DNA of 64,000 nucleotides from Pecten maximus. Taxonomy: Eukaryota. Below are positions 11,101 to 24,620 of the stretch, one piece after another. Made by a program: the position numbers and the translations under genes. The notes beneath the pieces are model-generated. The model did no database searches, had not been told where the DNA came from, and was given only the letters and a program-made list of their open reading frames with translations. Where the stretch lies: positions 17,670,001-17,734,000 of the forward strand of contig NC_047021.1 of the NCBI RefSeq assembly GCF_902652985.1. Direction: 5' to 3'. Every line of letters starts with the position of its first letter. The stretch's first letter is position 1.

Positions 11101-12244
11101 GTAAATGCTGTTCTGGAACTGGACCTACATTGACTTTCATCTAGAGCTCTTCACTGACTATGATCGAAGGACACCTGATATGGCATGGAAAAAGAATTTA
11201 ACTGAAGATTAGATTAAAAATAAGAACTACATGAACAGCTGAAGCAAATATGTATACACTAGACCTTTGTCATTTTATTGTCCTTGCTTAAAAAATGAAA
11301 AAAATGACAATTTCGGAGTAATTTAACTTCTTTAATCAACTAACAACTATTTCATGTCTTTCAGATGATTGATAAGGTAGAAAAACATTGTTTTATGTGC
11401 TTACAGTATCTATATGTTTCATCAAAATACATACATATTTTGTAAGCATGTTTTTTTAATGAAACTTTGAACAATTAATAATTCAGAGAAAATTTGTGAA
11501 TATGTTGGACACATCTGTAGATTTTTTTTTTAAATATTTTCTTAGAATGTTGTTTTAGGCTCACAATGCAATGATATGTTACATCTAGCTAATGATGCAC
11601 TATCCATCAGCATCACTTCTGCTTCTTTAAAACAACTTTTGATGAATACCTAAATATCCAATGGTTATGTCAGTGATTATTCCTAGGGTTTTCTCAATGA
11701 GAATTTAAATTTTACTGGCATTATTGCAAGGAGGATTATACATTTTGTTCAAATGAATGACCTTGACCTTCATTTCAGACCATAGAAATCAAATGGTGAG
11801 ATGTAACCTACAAAGCCTGGTTATATATAGCCTGTCGGGTCATGCTTGTTAAAATGTTGTAAGAATCAAATTGTTAAAATCGTTAACCAACATCTGAATA
11901 TCAGTAATATTGAAAGCTAAGATAATTGGACTGCAGCATGCTTAGGTGAAGCACTATGAAAACTTAATTAAATGAAATTCTACATAAACCTGCACTTGAG
12001 AACCATTAAGTGGAGATATTTAGCATCTGATGTTCAGAATACTGTGGTTTGTTTCAATAAATTTGGTCTTGTCCCACTCGGTAAGTCACAAATGTATATA
12101 TGGCATTTGCAAAATAGAAGAGCAGAAGGAGAAAAATTCATTTGATTTCTGGGTTTGGATTATACATGAACGGAAAAGACAGAAGAGTTCCACACATTGT
12201 GCCTCCAGTATGGTGATTTTGGCTGATATATTTATTTGATATAT

Positions 12245-12460
12245 GCCGCTGTGGCTGAGCGGTTAAGTTGTCCCGACACTTTATCACTAGCCCTCCACCT
12301 CTGGGTTGCGAGTTGAAACATAGGTGGGGCAGTTGCCTGGTACTGACTGCAGGCCGGTGGTTTTTCTCCGGGTACTCTGGCTTTCCTCCACCTCCAAAAC
12401 CTGGCACGTCCTTAAATAACACTGGCTGTTAATAGGACATTAAACTAAATAAACCAAATA
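12245..12460 (+). mobile_element. tRNA-headed SINE with V-domain-like core
   Basis: A box TGGCTGAGCGGTT; core GGTTTTTCTCCGGGTACTCTGGCTTTCCTCCAC; A-rich tail. A second copy lies at 40.7-40.9 kb. Confidence 0.85.
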
Positions 12461-13639
12461 AACATAACCATGATGTTTGCCTTTAGTCATAACAGAATGC
12501 ACACTGTATTGTGCATATAGTCTTCTTTGTCTCTCCAAACTTTGTTTTGTCATTTATTATTTTATTTGTTTTTTATACCATATGTCACTTATTTGTTATC
12601 TGTTATACATTATCATATATATAATTATATATATGCCAGTATTGTTTCATTTAAATATCTGAGATCAGTGCAAGTCCTATTGACTTTGATAGCTCTACAT
12701 GTTTTTATCATCTGGCAATATCATAATTCCTGTAAAAGTTGGGAGATCATGTTCTGTTTCCCTTCAGTTTGTCTGGCATACATAGTTGGTCTGGGATCTA
12801 ATAGAATAAATGTGTCTGTCCATTGTCATTCATATTTTCTTGAAATAAATTGTTGCCAGGCACACTTGGTGTTTGGAGTAGTATATTTCATGTTAATTAA
12901 GATAATAGGTAGGTGGTTTTGAGACATAGCTCAACAACATTGTACAAAAAAGTGATCTTCAGATACATTTTAGGTCACACAAAAAATAATTCAAGGCCAC
13001 ATGTTAATAATTGTGAAAATACAATAACAAATAACTGCTAATAACAACTGAACAATACGGGCCTATGATGCCTCTTGTATTATGGACAATTAAGTTTTCA
13101 GATACTTGTTATTACCACAAAACTGTTAACAATGGCTGGAGTAGTTCCATGGACGGAAGTATTCCTCTATATATTGTCTACACACTGTATACTAAAGTCT
13201 TTGATTTGGTTATATTTGCAAGAATTAAGACCCTTGTACAAGCCAATATTCTATTTTTTTTGTAAATTACATATGCATAATATCCATAACAGTGTTGCAT
13301 AACTAATAGCAATGGGGATAGGGGAGCAATAAAAACTGAATCATTAGATCGTGAATTATCAGATGATCTTGTAACTGAATGCAACTAGTGCAAGCCTGAT
13401 CTATATAAAGTGTGTATCAGATCAGATTGTCTGGAGATCAGAGTATTGAAAATTACATGCTGCTGTAGATTTTTTTTGATGTATCAGTGCCAAGATATAA
13501 CATATTGTAACTTTGTCTCCTTTTTTACCGTGATAGTCTATTTTTGACAACAAGTGCAGTCTTTAATGAAGTGCAGTCTTGTTAGTCCAGTCGTCTTTCC
13601 CACCTAGAAGGATGAAGTGAACTAGTAGAAATAACTAAC

Positions 13640-14420
13640 AGTGGTGAATGGATGTGATTGAGACAACACTGATTGTGGCTAGATATGGTTGAGACAACAC
13701 TGATTGTGGCTGGATATGATTGAGATGATCGCCAATGGTGGCTGCATATGATTGAGATGGCCGCCAATGGTGGCTGGATATGGTTGAGAGACAACCACTG
13801 ATGGTAACTGGATGGTTGAGGGACAACCACTGATGGTGACTGGATATGATTGAGAGATAACTGCTGATGGTGACTGGATATGATTTATAGACAATCACTG
13901 ATGGTGGCTGGATATGGTTGAGAGATAACCACTGATGGTGGCTGGATATGGTTGAGAGACAGCCACTGGTGGTGGCTGGATATGATTGAGGGAGAACTGC
14001 TGATGGTGACTGGATATGATTTATAGACAATCACTGATGGTAGCTGGATATGGTTGAGAGATAACCACTGATAGTGGCTGGATATGGTTGAGAGATAACC
14101 ACTGATGGTGGCTGGATATGATTGAGGGAGAACTGCTGATGGTGACTGGATATGATTTATAGACAATCACTGATGGTGGCTGGATATGGTTGAGAGACAA
14201 CCGCTAATGGTGGCTGGATATGGTTGAGAGATAACCACTGATGGTGGCTGGATATGATTGAGAGATAACCACTGATGGTGGCTGGATATGATTGAGAGAT
14301 AACCACTGATGGTGGCTGGATATGGTTGAGAGACAACCACTGATGGTGGCTGGATATTATTAAGATGACCGCTAATGGTGGCTGGATATGATTGAGGCAA
14401 CCCACTGATGGAGGCTGGAT
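13640..14420. repeat. 34-bp minisatellite (GGTGGCTGGATATGGTTGAGAGATAACCACTGAT)
   Basis: About 22 diverged units; explains six overlapping repetitive ORFs. Confidence 0.95.
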
Positions 14421-15129
14421 TAACAAGACTTTATTGATAAAGTTTTGGAATGGTGGATATATCCTGCTTTCTAGAAGCTATTTGAAAGGTAATTAAAAAA
14501 ATTGTCAGAGTGTAAGAGTGTAAGTTAACATTCTTAAACAAAGGTTTTTTGCTTTGGTAGTTGATCATAATATACAGATAGTTTGGAAACTACTGTATTT
14601 TGATAATGCTGACTAGATTGGGATAATATTCATTAATAAAAGATTACTTCAATTTGATTGTCTGATAGTTTTGTTTGTTTTATGATCTTTTTACTGGCAA
14701 TTAGTGTTCAATTTGAATTCCATGTGTATTGGAGAATTAGGTTATTATTATCATCATTATTATGTAATACATGTAGTACTCTATCACATAACTGTCAACA
14801 GAAATTCCTCACTCAGCTGATTCAGCTCAATCAGAAGGCGATGGCATCAAACAATAACACATACTGTAGCCATACCTTCCCTTTGTGTTTTGAAGTGTGT
14901 ATGATGAAGGTTGTTTTGTTCTCATTGTTAGGGGGTCATTGTTTATAAAGACTTGCTTGTAGTCCAATGTTACTTAAGTACCAAAGCATAAACTACCACA
15001 ACAATAACAGATCACATTACACCAGGACGTTTTAAGTAGAACAACAAGGGTAAATTGTCTTGTTCAAGAAACAACAACTACATACTTATAGACAACAACA
15101 GGCATCCAACAAACCATTAAAGGATGGAC

Positions 15130-17500
15130 AAATACAGGCCCCTAGTAAATAACTAGTAAAGACAACTACAGGCCCCTAGTAAATAACTCTAGTAAAGACA
15201 ACTACAGGCCCCTAGTAAATAACTAGTAAAGACAACTACAGGCCCCTAGTAAATAACTCTAGTAAAGACAAATACAAGCCCCTAGTAAATAACTAGTAAA
15301 GACAACTACAGGCCCCTAGTAAATAACTCTAGTAAAGACAAATACAGGCCCCTAGTAAATAACTAGTAAAGACAACTACAGGCCCCTAGTAAATAACTCT
15401 AGTAAAGACAACTACAGGCCCCTAGTAAATAACTAGTAAAGACAACTACAGGCCCCTAGTAAATAACTGTAGTAAAGACAACTACAGGCCCCTAGTAAAT
15501 AACTCTAGTAAAGACAACTACAGGCCCCTAGTAAATAACTGTAGTAAAGACAACTACAGGCCCCTAGTAAATAACTGTAGTAAAGACAACTACAGGCCCC
15601 TAGTAAATAACTGTAGTAAAGACAACTACAGGCCCCTAGTAAATAACTGTAGTAAAGACAACTACAGGCCCCTAGTAAATAACTGTAGTAAAGACAACTA
15701 CAGGCCCCTAGTAAATAACTCTAGTAAAGACAACTACAGGCCCCTAGTAAATAACTGTAGTAAAGACAACTAGAGGCCCCTAGTAAATAACTCTAGTAAA
15801 GATAACTACAGGCCTCTAGTAAATAACTCTAGTAAAGACAACTACAGGCCCCTAGTAAATAACTAGTAAAGACAACTAGAGGCCCCTAGTAAATAACTCT
15901 AGTAAAGACAACTACAGGCCCCTAGTAAATAACTCTAGTAAAGACAACTACAGGCCCCTAGTAAATAACTCTAGTAAAGACAACTACAGGCCCCTAGTAA
16001 ATAACTGGTAAAGACAACTAGAGGCCCCTAGTAAATAACTCTAGTAAAGACAACTACAGGCCTCTAGTAAATAACTCTAGTAAAGACAACTACAGGCCCC
16101 TAGTAAATAACTGTAGTAAAGACAACTACAGGCCCCTAGTAAATAACTAGTAAAGACAACTACAGGCCCCTAGTAAATAACTGGTAAAACAACTACAGGC
16201 CCGTAGTAAATAACTCTAGTAAAGACAACTACAGGCCCCTAGTAAATAACTGTAGTAAAGACAACTACAGGCCCCTAGTAAATAACTCTAGTAAAGACAA
16301 CTACAGGCCCCTAGTAAATAACTCTAGTAAGACAACTACAGGCCCCTAGTAAATAACTCTAGTAAAGACAACTACAGGCCTCTAGTAAATAACTAGTAAA
16401 GACAACTACAGGCCCCTAGTAAATAAGTGTAGTAAAGACAACTACAGGCCCCTAGTAAATAACTGTAGTAAAGACAACTACAGGCCCCTAGTAAATAACT
16501 GTAGTAAAGACAACTACAGGCCCCTAGTAAATAACTGTAGTAAAGACAACTACAGGCCCCTAGTAAATAACTGGTAAAGACAACTACAGGCCCCTAGTAA
16601 ATAACTGTAGTAAAGACAACTACAGGCCCCTAGTAAATAACTGTAGTAAAGACAACTACAGGCCCCTAGTAAATAACTGTAGTAAAGACAACTACAGGCC
16701 CCTAGTAAATAACTCTAGTAAAGACAACTACAGGCCCCTAGTAAATAACTGTAGTAAAGACAACTAGAGGCCCCTAGTAAATAACTCTAGTAAAGACAAC
16801 TACAGGCCCCTAGTAAATAACTCTAGTAAAGACAACTACAGGCCCCTAGTAAATAACTCTAGTAAAGACAACTACAGGCCCCTAGTAAATAACTCTAGTA
16901 AAGACAACTACAGGCCCCTAGTAAATAACTGGTAAAGACAACTAGAGGCCCCTAGTAAATAACTCTAGTAAAGACAACTACAGGCCTCTAGTAAATAACT
17001 CTAGTAAAGACAACTACAGGCCCCTAGTAAATAACTGGTAAAACAACTACAGGCCCGTAGTAAATAACTCTAGTAAAGACAACTACAGGCCCCTAGTAAA
17101 TAACTAGTAAAACAACTACAGGCCCGTAGTAAATAACTCTAGTAAAGACAACTACAGGCCCCTAGTAAATAACTAGTAAAGACAACTACAGGCCCCTAGT
17201 AAATAACTAGTAAAGACAACTACAGGCCCCTAGTAAATAACTGTAGTAAAGACAACTACAGGCCCCTAGTAAATAACTGTAGTAAAGACAACTACAGGCC
17301 CCTAGTAAATAACTGTAGTAAAGACAACTACAGGCCTCTAGTAAATAACTGTAGTAAAGACAACTAGAGGCCTCTAGTAAATAACTGTAGTAAAGACAAC
17401 TACAGGCCTCTAGTAAATAACTGGTAAAGACAACTACAGGCCTCTAGTAAATAACTAGTAAAACAACTACAGGCTCGTAGTAAATAACTGTAATAAAGAC
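15130..17500. repeat. 36/34-bp minisatellite (CAACTACAGGCCCCTAGTAAATAACTCTAGTAAAGA)
   Basis: Highly homogeneous ~2.4 kb array. Confidence 0.97.
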
Positions 17501-19180
17501 AACTACACGCCACTGACAAACCACTACAGTATAGACAACTACAGGCCACTGACAAACAACTACAGTATAGACAACTGGTAACTGAGAGGCAATTAATATA
17601 TTGACTACTGAACAAAAAATGAACAGAAACAATTTTATTTTGATGAATACATTGTACATGTGACACAAAGACACTTTAATTGATAATTATTTCACAGATA
17701 TTAAAAAGACTTTTCACGATTACAGGAGAAGAAAAGATTCTCAACCACATTTTTATAAAATAGATAATTTATGTATAAAAGATATTTGGATTAACATTTC
17801 ATGATATACATTGACTTCTTAACCATAAATTTTGGGTCAATGTGTGCCAGTAGGCAAAAATTAAACATGTGTATAGAAAATGTGCCTAAAATGTGCAGGT
17901 GCTCTTATGCAGTAAAGATTGTGAGCCATGCTTGTGCTAATTTAATGTAAGTCTTGGAACAAAAATAATCCAGTTCCCTACCTGGAATATGTATATACAG
18001 GTGATCTTGATTCTATACATGGCAGTAGGCCCAATAAGACAACTTATAGTTGTCTGACAGATATATAACCTGTGTATTTAAAGTAGAGCTGTTACATTTT
18101 TAAATTAATAAGCAGACTGAATATTAACGACAACCTACATTATTTTAATGATTTTCCGGCATGCTAGGTGTTATGAGTTGGTATTATTCTTATTATACAA
18201 ATATTGAATTGTCATGCAGTGTTCTACGTTACACGATACACAAACATAGATAAAAATATTACATGGTTCATCGATCAATCTAGATAAAAGGTTTTAAGCT
18301 GTGACAAATATAGTACAGTACTCCGTTGTCTACAGATATATAACAAACAGTGGCCTTATATAGCTCGAAGTCTCAACAGCTTAGTCTCATGGAAATCGAC
18401 CTCTTCTTGTCATTTTAATTTATTAAACTTACTTGAAACATAGAAACTTAGTACATTAATTTTGCTTTTTGATATACATAAATGAAAATATTACTTATTT
18501 AAAAGAAAAGGAAGTTGAATATTTACAAGAGGAAATTCTTACTTTGATGTTAACTGTTGAACTAATGAGGTGAACAAGTTTAGCACAAATAGGATTTGAG
18601 TGTTTGAATTTATACTGATGAAGGTTATGATCGACCAAACACGTATTGAATGTTCCTTCAAATTAAGACGGCTATAATCAGCGCACTATATACTGAAGTG
18701 GTCTGGATTTTATTCTTGTCTATATAGACTTCTGATCAAGTTCACAGCAAGGGGTAGAGAATCCAGCACTGTAAGGCGGGGGCCTGCGACCATTGATTTC
18801 TATCTCTCAATGGAGTTTGTTACCAAACATATGACGTCCATATATATACTCACTCAGTACCTTCAAATGTTTGATTATCAATGAACTGTTTGTTTTAGAC
18901 AAACCAAACAATAACGTTAAGGTATACTCATTAATTGTTTCTGATGAATATCTGAATCATTGAAGTTTTTAATCAATTAAAAAGTGCTAATTGATAACTG
19001 TGACAAGGCCAGAAACAGTGGTATAACGTACGGTATGTCTCTCATTTTGAAAACTGTAAAATAATTGATTAAGTCTTTTATAATTGATATACAATGAAGC
19101 ACTGACGTCATGATACCTTTATTCTAACAGGACATTTTTTTTATCTTCGTTAAACGTCATCACTATTACAGAAGTGTTTG

Positions 19181-21460
19181 ACTATAGCCCTTTAAGTACC
19201 CACCTAGTGTATCTAATAGTCCGTACATACACCAACTATAGCCCTGGTACCCACCTAGTGTATCTGATAGTCCGTACAAACACCAACTATATCCCTGGTA
19301 CCCACCTAGTGTATCTGATAGTCCGTACATACACCAACTATAGCCCTGGTACCCACCTAGTGTATCTGATAGTCCGTACATACACCAACTATAGCCCTGG
19401 TACCCACCTAGTGTATCTGATAGTCCGTACATACACCAACTATAGCCCTGGTACCCACCTAGTGTATCTGATAGTCCGTACATACACCAACTATAGCCCT
19501 GGTACCCACTTAGTGTATCTGATAGTCCGTACATACACCAACTATAGCCCTGGTACCCACCTAGTGTATCTGATAGTCCGTACATACACCAACTATAGCC
19601 CTGGTACCCACCTAGTGTATCTGATAGTCTGTACATACACCAACTATAGCCCTGGTACCCACCTAGTGTATCTGATAGTCCATACATACACCAACTATAG
19701 CCCTGGTACCCACCTAGTGTATCTGATAGTCCATACATACACCAACTATAGCCCTGGTACCCACCTAGTGTATCTGATAGTCCATATATACACCAACTAT
19801 AGACCTGGTACCCACCTAGTGTATCTGATAGTCCATATATACACCAACTATAGCCCTGGTACCCACCTAGTGTATCTGATAGTCTGTACATACACCAACT
19901 ATAGCCCTGGTACCCCCCTAGTGTATCTGATAGTCCATACATACACCAACTATAGCCCTGGTACCCACCTAGTGTATCTGATAGTCCGTACATACACCAA
20001 CTATAGCCCTGATACCCACCTAGTGTATCTGATAGTCCATATATACACCAACTATAGCCCTGGTACCCACCTAGTGTATCTGATAGTCCGTACATACACC
20101 AACTATAGCCCTGGTACCCACCTAGTGTATCTGATAGTCCATACATACACCAACTATAGCCCTGGTACCCACCTAGTGTGATAGTCTGTACATACACCAA
20201 CTATAGCCCTGGTACCCACCTAGTGTATCTGATAGTCTGTACATACACCAACTATAGCCCTGATACCCACCTAGTGTATCTGATAGTCCGTACATACACC
20301 AACTATAGCCCTGGTACCCACCTAGTGTATCTGATAGTCCGTACATACACCAACTATAGCCCTGATACCCACCTAGTGTATCTGATAGTCCGTACATACA
20401 CCAACTATAGCCCTGGTACCCACCTAGTGTATCTGATAGTCCGTACATACACCAACTATAGCCCTGATACCCACCTAGTGTATCTGATAGTCCGTACATA
20501 CACCAACTATAGCCCTGGTACCCACCTAGTGTATCTGATAGTCTGTACATACACCAACTATAGCCCTGGTACCCACCTAGTGTATCTGATAGTCCATACT
20601 TACACCAACTATAGCCCTGGTACCCACCTAGTGTATCTGATAGTCTGTACATACACCAACTATAGCCCTGGTACCCACCTAGTGTATCTGATAGTCTATA
20701 CATACACCAACTATAGCCCTGGTACCCACCTAGTGTATCTGATAGTCCGTACAAACACCAACTATAGCCCTGGTACCCACCTAGTGTATCTGATAGTCCG
20801 TACATACACCAACTATAGCCCTGGTACCCACCTAGTGTATCTGATAGTCCATACATACACCAACTATAGCCCTGGTACCCACCTAGTGTATCTGATAGTC
20901 CATATATACACCAACTATAGCCCTGGTACCCACCTAGTGTATCTGATAGTCCATACATACACCAACTATAGCCCTGATACCCACCTAGTGTATCTGATAG
21001 TCCATATATACACCAACTATAGCCCTGGTACCCACCTAGTGTATCTGATAGTCCATATATACACCAACTATAGCCCTGGTACCCCCCTAGTGTATCTGAT
21101 AGTCCGTACAAACACCAACTATAGCCCTGATACCCACCTAGTGTATCTGATAGTCCGTACAAACACCAACTATAGCCCTGGTACCTACCTAGTGTATCTG
21201 ATAGTCCGTACATACACCAACTATAGCCCTGGTACCCACCTAGTGTATCTGATAGTCCGTACATACACCAACTATAGCCCTGGTACCCACCTAGTGTATC
21301 TGATAGTCTGTACATACACCAACTATAGCCCTGATACCCACCTAGTGTATCTGATAGTCTGTACATACACCAACTATAGCCCTGGTACCCACCTAGTGTA
21401 TCTGATAGTCCGTACATACATCAACTATAGCCCTTGTACCCACCTAGTGTGATAGTCCGT
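19181..21460. repeat. 51-bp minisatellite (GTACCCACCTAGTGTATCTGATAGTCCGTACATACACCAACTATAGCCCTG)
   Basis: About 44 units; produces 17-aa-periodic ORFs on both strands. Confidence 0.97.
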
Positions 21461-21774
21461 ATACATTATGTGTTATAGAAGATTCAAGTAGAGCTCTATC
21501 AGCTCATTAATCTTCAGTAATTTAATTGAGAATTTTTTTTTCTCAAAAGACATTGGTGAATGCCAGACACTCTTTCTAATAGATCTTTATTTTATATTTA
21601 TTTTACAACAGTATAAAATTTTAATGGGAGACACACAAGCAGTATATTTATCAAACCTTTCCAAGAAACACTAATTAAATTTGAAACCAGTTTGTAATGA
21701 TCTGTCATAAACTGCCTTCATTACAGTACTCAAGGAATAGGAACACTCGCTGTCTTCAAAACACTCCTGATCAT

Positions 21775-22605
21775 CTGTGGACGTTTATAAACTGTGGACT
21801 CATATAAACTGTGGACTCATATAAACTGTGGACTCTTATAAACTGTGGACTCGTATAAACTGTGGACTCATAAAACTGACTGCTTAAACTGTGGACTCAT
21901 ATAAACTGTGGACTCTTATAAACTGTGGACCCATATAAACTGTGGACCCATATAAACTGTGGACTCATATAAACTGTGGACCCATATAAACTGTGGACTC
22001 TTATAAACTGTGGACTCTTATAAACTGTGGACTCGTATAAACTGTGGACCCATATAAACTGTGGACTCTTATAAACTGTGGACTCATATAAACTGTGGAC
22101 TCTTATAAACTGTGGACTCATATAAACTGTGGACTCATATAAACTGTGGACTCATAAAACTGACTGCTTAAACTGTGGACTCATATAAACTGTGGACTCT
22201 TATAAACTGTGGACTCATATAAACTGTGGACTCATATAAACTGTGGACTCATATAAACTGTGGACTCATATAAACTGTGGACTCATAAAACTGACTGCTT
22301 AAACTGTGGACTCATATAAACTGTGGACTCTTATAAACTGTGGACTCATATAAACTGTGGACTCATATAAACTGTGGACTCTTATAAACTGTGGACTCTT
22401 ATAAACTCTGGACTCATATAAACTGTGGACTCATAAACTGTGGACTCTTATAAACTGTGGACTCATTATAAACTGTGGACTCATAAACTGTGGACTCATA
22501 AACTGACTGCTTTAGACAGTGGACTCTTATAAACTGTGGACTCTTATAAACTGTGGACTCATATAAACTGTGCACTCTTATAAACTGTGGACTCATACAA
22601 ACTGT
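21775..22605. repeat. 17-bp minisatellite (CATATAAACTGTGGACT)
   Basis: Tandem units, with a recurrent AACTGACTGCTT interruption four times. Confidence 0.95.
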
Positions 22606-23269
22606 AGCTATATACTGGACAATATTATAGCTAATACTTAAATTACTATAGACCCTTAGGGTATTACATTTGTACATTATGGTCTTGTTTGCTATGAAAT
22701 ATCTATAAATTTGAATGACATGTATACTTGCTAGCTTTCAAAGGAATATAGATTTCATTTATGTAACTGTTATTGAAGGGGTTATACTATTACACTAGCT
22801 TTTCGTGTCAGGTTATCTCCCTGAGATATTAATCAACATCAACTAATTAAGAAGAATCAATGTGTCTATACCTCAATTACTTAACCCACGATCAGTTTTA
22901 AGTAGGTCAATTAACATACACAGAGACACCTCACCTATCATCAAACATTTTTCAGCTTTCATTAAAAGGAGAACCAGTAATGTATATACTGCCAGCTGGT
23001 ACTCAATCATCATATAAGTATATAATGTATTGTGTATACATATAATACTAAGGAAGGATCAATTGGCAGCTACAGTGTACATTATCAAAGACACTATCCC
23101 AACTTGGTGTATTGTATATTTAAGTTGTTTGATAAATTACTCAATATTATTGTCAAATGCTCAATTAGGAACCAAATTAAAAATAACTTAATCAAGTCAA
23201 AGGACATAATTATTAACTTCATTTTACTTCAGGTGCATTTCTTATGAAGGTAAAGCACACAAAAATCTA

Positions 23270-24620
23270 AGTCTCTATATGTCACAATAAGGCAGCATAC
23301 AGCCATTTGACTCCATGTCGCAATAAATTAAGTAGCATACAACCCTTAGACTGCTTGTCACAATAAGACAGCATACAGCCTTAAGTCTTCATGTCACAGT
23401 AAGGTAGCATACAGCCTTAAGTCTCTGTCACAGTAAGATAGCATGCCTCCTTAAGTCTCTATATATATGTCACAGTAAGATAGCATGCATCCTTAAGTCT
23501 CCATGTCACAGTAAGGTAGCATACAGCCTTAAGTCTCTGTCACAGTAAGATAGCATGCCTCCTTAAGTCTCTATATATATGTCACAGTAAGATAGCATGC
23601 ATCCTTAAGTCTGTCACAGTAAGATAGCATACATCCTTAAGTCTCTGTCACAGTAAGATAGCATACAGCCTTAAGTCTGTCACAGTAAGATAGCATACAT
23701 CCTTAAGTCTCTGTCACAGTAAGATAGCATACATCCTTAAGTCTGTCACAGTAAGATAGCATACATCCTTAAGTCTATCACAGTAAGATAGCATGCCTCC
23801 TTAAGTCACTGTCACAGTAAGATAGCATGCATCCTTAAGTCTCTGTCACAGTAAGATAGCATGCATCCTTACGTCTCTGTCACAGTAAGGTAGCATGCAT
23901 CCTTAGGTCTGTCACAGTAAGATAGCATACATCCTTAAGTCTCTGTCACAGTAAGATAGCATGCATCCTTAAGTCTGTCACAGTAAGATAGCATGAATCC
24001 TTAAGTCTCTGTCACAATAAGATAGCATACATCCTTAAGTCTCTGTCACAGTAAGATACATGTAGCATACATCCTTAAGTCTCTGTCACAGTAAGATAGC
24101 ATGCATCCATAAGTCTGTCACAGTAAGATAGCATGCATCCTTAAGTCTCTGTCACAGTAAGATAGCATGCATCCTTAAGTCTCTGTCACAGTAAGATAGC
24201 ATGCATCCTTAAGTCTCTGTCACAGTAAGATAGCATGAATCCTTAAGTCTCTATGTCACAGTAAGATAGCATACATCCTTAAGTCTCTGTCACAGTAAGA
24301 TAGCATGCATCCTTAAGTCTCTGTCACAGTAAGATAGCATACATCCTTAAGTCTCTATGTCACAGTAAGATAGCATACATCCTTAAGTCTATCACAGTAA
24401 GATAGCATACAGCCTTAAGTCTCTGTCATAGTAAGATAGCATGAATCCTTAAGTCTCTCTGTCACAGTAAGGTAGCATACATCCTTAAGTCTGTCACAGT
24501 AAGATAGCATACATCCTTAAGTCTCTGTCACAGTAAGATAGCATACATCCTTAAGTCTGTCACAGTAAGATAGCATGCATCCTTAAGTCTCCATGTCACA
24601 GTAAGGCAGAATACAGCCCT
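23270..24620. repeat. 32-36-bp minisatellite (GTCACAGTAAGATAGCATGCATCCTTAAGTCTCT)
   Basis: Tandem array with degenerate edges. Confidence 0.95.

Noticed and set aside
12138-12422. 94-aa minus-strand ORF
   Set aside because: It is the antisense reading of the SINE.
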